Shown in pieces: positions 57,582-64,000 of a stretch of DNA of 64,000 nt; position 1 is the first letter of the stretch; each line of letters starts with the position of its first letter. The translations under genes and the position numbers were made by a program. The stretch covers positions 7,227-71,226 of the forward strand of contig CAZKFB010000001.1 of assembly GCA_964551965.1 (NCBI GenBank), in the 5' to 3' direction. This DNA comes from an uncultured Muribaculaceae bacterium (GTDB taxonomy: Bacteria > Bacillota_I > Bacilli_A > RF39 > UBA660). The notes beneath the pieces are model-generated. The model was not told the origin of the DNA and did not search any database. It worked only from the letters and a program-made list of their open reading frames with translations.

Positions 57582-58013
57582 ATGAAAGAGAGTATGTGGG
57601 GCTACTGGATTGTAGTTCTTGGAGTATCAATCATGTCTGTTATGGTTTTATTGCAAAACATGACAACAACTAATGAACAAGATTATTATTTAATAAAAAG
57701 TTGTCTAGAAGCATCAATGTATGATGCTATAGACTATGGTTATTATCGTGATACTGGAGACTTAAAGATGAACCAAGAAAAGTTCACTGAAAGTTTTGTT
57801 AGAAGATTCTCAGAAATAATAAATATCAATAGAGATTATGATATTACTTTCTATGATATTTATGAAGAACCTCCTGCAGCTAGTGTTGGTGTTAAAACTA
57901 ATACTAAATCTGGTGGTATTGGTCAAGCAGCATCAAATGCTGATGGATTAGATGTAACTAATAGACTAACTGGTATACTTTATACTAATTCACTATATAA
58001 TCCAAGAAGTTAA
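57582..58013 (+). CDS. Small N-terminally anchored protein (143 aa)
   Basis: N-terminal TM WGYWIVVLGVSIMSVMVLL. Last gene before a strong terminator. Confidence 0.45.
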   Translation: MKESMWGYWIVVLGVSIMSVMVLLQNMTTTNEQDYYLIKSCLEASMYDAIDYGYYRDTGDLKMNQEKFTESFVRRFSEIININRDYDITFYDIYEEPPAASVGVKTNTKSGGIGQAASNADGLDVTNRLTGILYTNSLYNPRS

Positions 58014-58043
58014 AAGAATTGAATAATTTCAATTCTTTTTTTT
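58013..58043 (+). terminator. Intrinsic terminator
   Basis: AAGAATTGA-ataatt-TCAATTCTT hairpin followed by a 9-T run. Confidence 0.8.
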
Positions 58044-58083
58044 TAACTAATGAATAATATTAACTAGAAAGGAAAATTAAAAT

Positions 58084-58344
58084 ATGGAAATATTAAAAGT
58101 ATCTAGTAAGTCTAATCCAAGCAAAGTAGCAGGCGCTATTGCTAATGTATTTAGAAATTTTGGGAAAGTTGAAATTCAAACTATTGGTGCTGGTAGTTTA
58201 AACCAAGCAATTAAAGCTATATGTATTGCAAGAGGATTTGTTGCACCATCAGGTAAAAATATTGTTGTCATTCCTGCTTTTTCTGATATTACAATTGATG
58301 GAGAGGAAAAGACTGCTATTAAATTAATTGTAGAGGCTAGATAA
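58084..58344 (+). CDS. spoVS: Stage V sporulation protein S
   Basis: 86 aa. MEILKVSSKSNPSKVAGAIANVFRNFGKVEIQTIGAGSLNQAIKAICIARGFVAPSGKNIVVIPAFSDITIDGEEKTAIKLIVEAR is near-collinear with my recollection of B. subtilis SpoVS. Confidence 0.85.
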   Translation: MEILKVSSKSNPSKVAGAIANVFRNFGKVEIQTIGAGSLNQAIKAICIARGFVAPSGKNIVVIPAFSDITIDGEEKTAIKLIVEAR

Positions 58345-58354
58345 GCCTCTTTTA
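58334..58354 (+). terminator. Intrinsic terminator after spoVS
   Basis: GAGGCT-agata-AGCCTC hairpin overlapping the stop, followed by a T-run. Confidence 0.6.
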
Positions 58355-58401
58355 CTTTTATCTAATTTTATGGTATTATATTCAGCCGATGAGGTGTAAC
58401 T

Positions 58402-59172
58402 ATGTCAAGATATGATCAAAAATCAATTGATAAAATTAATCTAGAAATTAAACATAAAAATTGGGATAGAGCTATTTTCCTAATGGGAAAATATATTACT
58501 CGTTATCCTCAAGATAATTATATGAGATTAGTCTATACGAATATTTTATTAAAACTAGGTAAGAAAGAAATAGCAAGAGAAGTATTAGATAGTACAGTAT
58601 TAACAGATAAGGATGTTGATAAGAGTTTTGCTTCTTATTACTATGCAACTATAAAATTACTTGCTCAAGAAGAAAGATATCAAGATTGCTTAGATTATTT
58701 ATATAGTCATGAAAACTTATTTAAAGTAAACAACGACTATTACTATATTGAATCTTTCTGTAAATCAAGATTAGGAATTAAAAATGCTAGTAATGGCTAT
58801 CCGGGATATGTTTATCAACAAATTGTCGACTTTAATGAAGAGAGAACATTATCTTATATAAATGGGGAAACAGAGTTATATAATAGTCGTAAAAAAGGTG
58901 TTTTTAATTCTTCATTTGATACGGAAGCTTGTTTGCAAGTTATTAAAAGTAAGATAGCTGATTCCCAAAAGTATTATCCGGGACTAGTATATTTTGAAAG
59001 TGTATTTAAATGTGACAATTGTGGTAAATATGTTGGCAGACCAACAGACATAATAATGATTAATGGACTTATCAATAGTGATAATATCATATATATGTTA
59101 CCGGGGGTAAATGAACACCATATTGAGGTAACAGATATTACTAGAGATGTTCAAGAATTAAGATTAAAATAA
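58402..59172 (+). CDS. Hypothetical protein with helical-repeat N-terminus and C-terminal CxxC
   Basis: 256 aa. TPR-like composition (WDRAIFLMGKYITRYPQDNYMRLVYTNILLKLGKKEIAREVL) and a CDNCGKY motif. Confidence 0.45.
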   Translation: MSRYDQKSIDKINLEIKHKNWDRAIFLMGKYITRYPQDNYMRLVYTNILLKLGKKEIAREVLDSTVLTDKDVDKSFASYYYATIKLLAQEERYQDCLDYLYSHENLFKVNNDYYYIESFCKSRLGIKNASNGYPGYVYQQIVDFNEERTLSYINGETELYNSRKKGVFNSSFDTEACLQVIKSKIADSQKYYPGLVYFESVFKCDNCGKYVGRPTDIIMINGLINSDNIIYMLPGVNEHHIEVTDITRDVQELRLK

Positions 59173-59199
59173 AAGAACTTATGGCTATAAGTTCTTTTC
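59172..59199. terminator. Bidirectional intrinsic terminator
   Basis: 11-bp stem AAAGAACTTAT / ATAAGTTCTTT with an A-run upstream and a T-run downstream. Confidence 0.8.
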
Positions 59200-60416
59200 T
59201 ATTGATAACACCCATCAATAACCGAATTGAATGTTTCTTCAATGAATTTTTTATTTAATCCTAGTTTATATCTATAGTGACTAGTTTCATAATTGGTATC
59301 ATATTCTGAATAGGGAATAAGCTCAAAATTGGTTTTATTTTTATCAAAATAATTAACTATAGGTATTGTTTTTATCTCTTTGAATTCAATATTGTTATTA
59401 TCATATTCTAGTCTTACTTTTGATAGTAGCCCAAATTGATATGCATTATCAAATGTTTCATATCCTTTTTCTGTTCTTGCAATATCATCATCGTGGGATA
59501 CAAAGTTGCCCATTGAATAATATACTAGAGTTTTATTATGCTCACCAATAATATCAATAGGTTGTATTGAGTGAGAGTGGCTTCCCATAATAATATCAAC
59601 ACCTAGAGAATTTAAAAATTCCGCCATCTCTTTTTGTTCATTATTGGGAGTAAAGGTATATTCTGTACCCCAATGCATAATAACCACTTGTATATCTGTT
59701 TTATTCTTTAAATCAGTTATTTCTTTCGTTAATAAACTTTTATATTCATCAGTAATCGTTTTTGTATCTGGATTCCTATATAAACCAATTCTCGATCTAT
59801 TCGATTTATCTACTTTAATATTAGTTCCATAAGTGTATCCAAGAAAACCAACTTTTACGCCATCAACTTCAATTATTCTTGAACTTTCTCGATCCTCATC
59901 ATCTTTATAAGTACCAACGGTTAAAATGTCAGTATTATTTTTAAAGTAATCAATAGTAGAATCTATACCTACCGTTCCACGATCATTAGAATGATTATTG
60001 GCTGTAGTAAGTATTTCAAAATCTAATGAATTAACTAAATCACCAATGTATGAAGGAGCACAAAAGTTATAGCCATCACCACTTACACTTAAGTTATTAT
60101 TTCCAATGACAACTTCCATATTACCGACACTTATATCATCATCTAAAAAATATTTTTTAATTCGATTAAAGTAAATATTCTTATCATACCCATTATCTAT
60201 TGCTTTATAAAATAAAGATTCAAATAATAAATCCCCTACAAAAGTAAAATTAATTTCTTTTTTACTAGATCTTGTTTGACTTATGGTAGTTGTGTTTATT
60301 GATGTTCGTGAATTATTAGAATACTCCTTTTTAGAAGTAAACATTATAATAGCAAAAGTAGTTCCAATAACTAATAAAACGATAATAATAAATAAACATA
60401 TTTTCTTGCTTTTCAT
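59199..60416 (-). CDS. CapA/PGA_cap-family metallophosphatase-like membrane-anchored protein
   Basis: Start taken at ATG 60416 (AGGTGG RBS); the track's 60533 start is over-extended. N-terminal TM, then the CapA signatures (TANNHSNDRG, IMGSHSHSIQP, DSSRIEVDGVKVGFLGYTYGTN). Confidence 0.7.
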   Translation of the reverse strand: MKSKKICLFIIIVLLVIGTTFAIIMFTSKKEYSNNSRTSINTTTISQTRSSKKEINFTFVGDLLFESLFYKAIDNGYDKNIYFNRIKKYFLDDDISVGNMEVVIGNNNLSVSGDGYNFCAPSYIGDLVNSLDFEILTTANNHSNDRGTVGIDSTIDYFKNNTDILTVGTYKDDEDRESSRIIEVDGVKVGFLGYTYGTNIKVDKSNRSRIGLYRNPDTKTITDEYKSLLTKEITDLKNKTDIQVVIMHWGTEYTFTPNNEQKEMAEFLNSLGVDIIMGSHSHSIQPIDIIGEHNKTLVYYSMGNFVSHDDDIARTEKGYETFDNAYQFGLLSKVRLEYDNNNIEFKEIKTIPIVNYFDKNKTNFELIPYSEYDTNYETSHYRYKLGLNKKFIEETFNSVIDGCYQ

Positions 60417-60500
60417 AATACCACCTAAGTATATAATATCATATATGAGCAAGTTTAAAAACCAAAATAAATATGTTATAATTCGGATATAGGTGATTTC

Positions 60501-61265
60501 ATGAAGATTGAAAAATACGTTAAAGATAAACAAAATAAATATAAAGTTACAATCGATGGAGAAGAATATACTTTATATGATGATGTCATAGTTAAATATG
60601 CATTACTTATGAAAAATGAAATAGATAAATCTTTATTTGATGAAATAATAACCGTTAATGATGAACTAAAAAGTTACTATGATTCTATAAAGTATATTAC
60701 AAAGAAATTAAGAAGTGAAAAAGAAATATATGAATTTCTAAAAAAGAAAGATATAAGTGAAAATGTCATTAAAAAGACAATTAAAAGATTAAAGGATAAT
60801 AGCTTTTTAAACGAGGATATATATTTAAAGTCTTATATTAATGATCAGGTAAATCTTTCTAATAATGGACCTAAAAAGATAAAGGTAAATCTAATTAAAT
60901 TAGGTATTGATGAAGATAAAATAGAAGAATATCTAAGTAAAGTAGATAATAGTATATGGCAAGATAAAATAGATAATTATATAGCAAAAAAGATTAAAAC
61001 TAATCATACATCTTCATCTTATATGTTAAAGGGTAAACTTCAAAATGATTTAGTTAATCTAGGCTATGATAAGGAAATGGTTATACTAAGTCTATCTCAT
61101 TATGATATAATAGATACAGATATATGTAAAAAAGAATTAGAAAAAGCTAAGAGAGAATTATCTAAGAAATATTCAGGTTATGAATTAGAACAAAAGATAA
61201 AAATGAGACTTTATCGTAAAGGTTTTAAGATAGGTAGTATTGAGGAGAGTAGTTATGAAGAATAA
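60501..61265 (+). CDS. RecX-like regulatory protein (tentative)
   Basis: 254 aa, all-helical. Repeated 'G...E.I...L..KG(Y/I).D' style helical modules like RecX. Assignment by pattern only. Confidence 0.4.
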   Translation: MKIEKYVKDKQNKYKVTIDGEEYTLYDDVIVKYALLMKNEIDKSLFDEIITVNDELKSYYDSIKYITKKLRSEKEIYEFLKKKDISENVIKKTIKRLKDNSFLNEDIYLKSYINDQVNLSNNGPKKIKVNLIKLGIDEDKIEEYLSKVDNSIWQDKIDNYIAKKIKTNHTSSSYMLKGKLQNDLVNLGYDKEMVILSLSHYDIIDTDICKKELEKAKRELSKKYSGYELEQKIKMRLYRKGFKIGSIEESSYEE

Positions 61266-61554
61266 ATATCAAAGATTGACGAGTGAAGAAAAGAAGCAAG
61301 CTAAGAAAGATTATAAAGAATCTAATGAAGTAAATGCTAATATTTATAAGAAACTAAATAGATTAACTATTATTAGTATATTGGGAATTATCTATGCAAT
61401 TATTTCATTTGTTGTTGATTTCTTTCTAACTAAAATCATTTGGGATTTTGTTATTGATGGAATATTGTTAATTTTCTGTTTAATATTCATTATAAAATCA
61501 CAAAGTTTATTATCAGAACAAATTAATAAATTTTTAATAAATAAGAAGAAGTAA
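61240..61554 (+). CDS. Small membrane protein (104 aa)
   Basis: Two TMs. Overlaps the upstream gene end by 26 nt. Confidence 0.3.
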   Translation: MRRVVMKNKYQRLTSEEKKQAKKDYKESNEVNANIYKKLNRLTIISILGIIYAIISFVVDFFLTKIIWDFVIDGILLIFCLIFIIKSQSLLSEQINKFLINKKK

Positions 61555-61628
61555 TTATATAAAATAGCTACTTTTTTATATGCTTGACAAGTGTAAGTGC
61601 AACACATATAATTTAGGTAGGTGATATT

Positions 61629-62309
61629 ATGGAAGTGAATAATCCGCTTTATAAAAATCAAGGAATACATGTTATATCAAGTCTATTTACTGTTGATCAT
61701 GGAATAGTAAAAGTACTTTTAGTTAAGAGAAACAATGAACCATTTAAAGGCAAATGGGCGCTTGTAGGTGGAGCTTTATATAACAATGAAGATTTACTAG
61801 ATGGGGCTAGAAGAGAAATAAAAGAGAAAAGTGGAATTGATTCAATTGATTTATATCTTGCAAGTGTTCATGGTAAAGTTGATAGAAGCCCAGTAATGCG
61901 AATGGTAGCTGTATCTTATGTAGGAGTTATTGATATTAATTCAGTGAATGTCTTAAAGAAGACAGTTAAAACTACTGATGCTGAATGGGTAGATATTAGT
62001 TTGGTTAAAAATATGGATTTAGCTTATGACCATAATGAGATAATTGCATCTTCTTTCGAAGAATTAAAAAAGTTAATTCTTAAGAGTAGTATCTTAGATT
62101 GTTTATTTCCGCATGGATTTACAATTCCTGAGATTCAAAAAGTCTATGAAGTAATTTTAGGTAAAACTTATGATCGAAGAAACTTTAGAAGAAAACTTTT
62201 AAGTTTAGATTTAATAGAAGATACTGGAGAATCAAGCGTCTTCGATGGTAAAAAGCCAGCTAAGTTTTATAAATTTAAACGAGTATTTAATGATATTAAT
62301 ATATTTTAA
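61629..62309 (+). CDS. NUDIX hydrolase domain fused to C-terminal winged-helix domain (NrtR-like regulator)
   Basis: Nudix box GGALYNNEDLLDGARREIKEKSGI (Gx5Ex7REUxEExGU). The C-terminal ~90 aa are helical and basic (RRNFRRKLLSLDLIE), compatible with the NrtR architecture. Confidence 0.65.
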   Translation: MEVNNPLYKNQGIHVISSLFTVDHGIVKVLLVKRNNEPFKGKWALVGGALYNNEDLLDGARREIKEKSGIDSIDLYLASVHGKVDRSPVMRMVAVSYVGVIDINSVNVLKKTVKTTDAEWVDISLVKNMDLAYDHNEIIASSFEELKKLILKSSILDCLFPHGFTIPEIQKVYEVILGKTYDRRNFRRKLLSLDLIEDTGESSVFDGKKPAKFYKFKRVFNDINIF

Positions 62310-62336
62310 AACACCAATCAAATGGTGTTTTTTTTT
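62310..62336 (+). terminator. Strong intrinsic terminator
   Basis: AACACCA-atcaaa-TGGTGTT hairpin followed by a 9-T run. Confidence 0.85.
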
Positions 62337-62371
62337 AAGAATAAAAGTTATTATAAGAAATATAATATAGT

Positions 62372-63418
62372 ATGAAAAAGAATATTATAATAATATTAAT
62401 TGTAGCAATTATTTTTCCTTTAAAAGCAAACGCTTCGGTAATTGTAATGGATGCTGATTCTAATCGTGTTCTTTATGGAAATAATGAATATGATAAAAAG
62501 TTAATTGCATCTACTTCTAAGATAATGACATCTCTAGTAGTTTTAAATAATGCCAATATCGATGATATCGTAACTATTACTCCGAGTGTTTTGCGTAGTT
62601 TTGGATCGGGTATTTATATTGAAGTCGGAGAAAAAATAAGTGTTGAAAACTTGCTTTATGGGTTAATGCTTAGAAGCGGAAATGATGCCGGTATCGCGCT
62701 TTCAGAATATGTAGGAGGAAGTGAAGAAGGATTTGCCATGCTAATGAATAATCTAGCTGCATCTATTGGTATGAAAGACACCAATTTTATTAATGCAACA
62801 GGACTTGAAAACAATGAGGGAGTTGGCAATACTTCAACTGCTTATGATATGGCATTACTTATGTCTTATGCTATGAAAAATGAAACATTTAAAACTATTA
62901 CTGGTACTAAACATAAAGTTGTTAAAACTAACTATAAAACTTATGACTGGTACAATAAAAATAAATTATTAACAAATTATAAATATACAACGGGAGGTAA
63001 AACTGGATATACCCAAAAAGCTTATCGAACTTTAGTAACATCAGCTACTAAAGATGATAAAAATTTAGTTGTTGTAACCTTAAATGAAAAAGATGATTTT
63101 GCAATTCATGAATCTTTATATAAAGAGTATTTTAAAAAATATAAATTAGTAAATATAATTGATCATAAAACCTTCTTAAAGGATGAAGATTTATATGTCA
63201 AAGAAGATATTAATATGTTACTTAAAAGTGGGGAAATAGATGATGTTGAAGTAGATGTTGTCTATACAAATGATGCAATAGATAGAATAGGTTATGTAAC
63301 TGTATCTCTAAAAGGAAAAGAATACTATCGAGAAAACATATACTTAATGGATAAAGAAGCTAAAGAAAATTTTTGGCATAAAATTAAAAAGTTTTTTTCA
63401 AGATTATTTAGTTTTTAA
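62372..63418 (+). CDS. D-alanyl-D-alanine carboxypeptidase (S11, DacA-like low-MW PBP)
   Basis: Signal peptide plus the SxxK (ASTSKIMT), SxN (RSGND) and KTG (KTGYT) active-site triad in canonical spacing. Confidence 0.85.
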   Translation: MKKNIIIILIVAIIFPLKANASVIVMDADSNRVLYGNNEYDKKLIASTSKIMTSLVVLNNANIDDIVTITPSVLRSFGSGIYIEVGEKISVENLLYGLMLRSGNDAGIALSEYVGGSEEGFAMLMNNLAASIGMKDTNFINATGLENNEGVGNTSTAYDMALLMSYAMKNETFKTITGTKHKVVKTNYKTYDWYNKNKLLTNYKYTTGGKTGYTQKAYRTLVTSATKDDKNLVVVTLNEKDDFAIHESLYKEYFKKYKLVNIIDHKTFLKDEDLYVKEDINMLLKSGEIDDVEVDVVYTNDAIDRIGYVTVSLKGKEYYRENIYLMDKEAKENFWHKIKKFFSRLFSF

Positions 63419-63501
63419 ATAATATGTCTAATATAGCATGCACAGTTTTTATTACTTAAAAATTGTGCTTTTTCATGTTAAAATATATTTAGGTGATTTG
63501 T

Positions 63502-64000
63502 ATGGAAAGATTGCAAAAAGTAATAGCAGCCGCCGGTGTGGCATCTCGTAGAAAAGCAGAAGAACTAATTCTTGCAGGTAAAGTAAAAGTAAATGGTGAA
63601 GTATGCCGCGAACTAGGAACAAAAGTAAGCGGTGATGATGTAATAATGGTTAATGGTGAAATACTTTCTAAAGAAGATAAAGTATATTATCTATTAAATA
63701 AACCTCGCGGAGTAGTTTCAACAGCAAGTGATGATTTAAATAGAAAAACTATAGTTGATTATATTGATACAGATAAGAGAATATATCCGGTAGGTAGATT
63801 AGATTATGATACTACCGGCTTGATACTTTTAACTAATGATGGAGAATTAGCTAATTTACTTATGCATCCTACAAATGGTGTTGAAAAGACATATGTTGCA
63901 AAACTTAATAAAGTAATTACTTCTGAAGATATAAGAAAATTAAAAAACGGAGTTGAAATAGATGGTATAAAATGTATTCCAACAAGAGTAAAACTAAGAA
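63502..64000 (+). CDS. rluB: Pseudouridine synthase (RsuA/RluB family), 3'-partial at window end
   Basis: N-terminal S4 domain (RLQKVIAAAGVASRRKAEELILAGKVKVNG) followed by the catalytic RLDYDTTGLILLTNDGELA block. Confidence 0.8.
   Translation, partial: MERLQKVIAAAGVASRRKAEELILAGKVKVNGEVCRELGTKVSGDDVIMVNGEILSKEDKVYYLLNKPRGVVSTASDDLNRKTIVDYIDTDKRIYPVGRLDYDTTGLILLTNDGELANLLMHPTNGVEKTYVAKLNKVITSEDIRKLKNGVEIDGIKCIPTRVKLR

Noticed and set aside
1-64000. Mollicutes-type genetic code (UGA=Trp) given the very low GC
   Set aside because: Trp is encoded by TGG throughout, for example in rpoA, uvrB and rhs. TGA cleanly terminates many ORFs, and ribosomal genes have normal lengths. The standard code (table 11) applies.
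1-64000. CRISPR arrays, IS elements, integrases or tRNA genes that could mark the island borders
   Set aside because: No regularly spaced direct repeats. No transposase or integrase-like ORF. No tRNA-like GC islands were seen. The island edges are defined only by terminators and the GC shift at ~30.07 kb.

Overview
This is a 64 kb low-GC (~27%) chromosomal segment with Firmicutes gene order and the standard genetic code (Trp is encoded by TGG and ORFs are long). It opens with the tail of the ribosomal/rpoA operon (map, infA, rpmJ, rpsM, rpsK, rpoA, rplQ) and then runs into accessory DNA. First comes an orphan type IV pilus platform protein plus prepilin peptidase pair. Next is a locus encoding an ER-type (SipW-like) signal peptidase I fused to a polytopic membrane domain, flanked by two secreted proteins that share a TasA/camelysin-like signal and a conserved mature N-terminus. 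An OatA-like peptidoglycan O-acetyltransferase follows. Then comes a ~13 kb polymorphic-toxin island: a phage tail-collar protein, a 1986-aa signal-less RHS/YD-repeat toxin, at least two displaced orphan C-terminal toxin/immunity cassettes marked by direct repeats of the RHS core 3' end, a TcdE-family holin, an M23+LysM peptidoglycan hydrolase and a sigma-70 region-4/ArpU-like regulator. The island ends at a strong terminator followed by a GC-shifted decayed segment (CMD-family protein, alpha-amylase domain, GNAT pseudogene). The remainder is mostly housekeeping: ABC-F, SDRs, uvrB, LysR, CBS-PPase, PAP2, SPFH, methyltransferase, spoVS, CapA-like, NUDIX regulator, DacA-like carboxypeptidase, rluB start. 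It is interrupted by a ~590 nt GC-enriched non-coding stretch that may be a large structured RNA, and by an operon of two paralogous tail-anchored surface proteins plus a 1061-aa Cys-rich secreted protein lying behind a promoter-leader-terminator-promoter arrangement. All homology calls rest on motif recognition from memory; no database searches were run.
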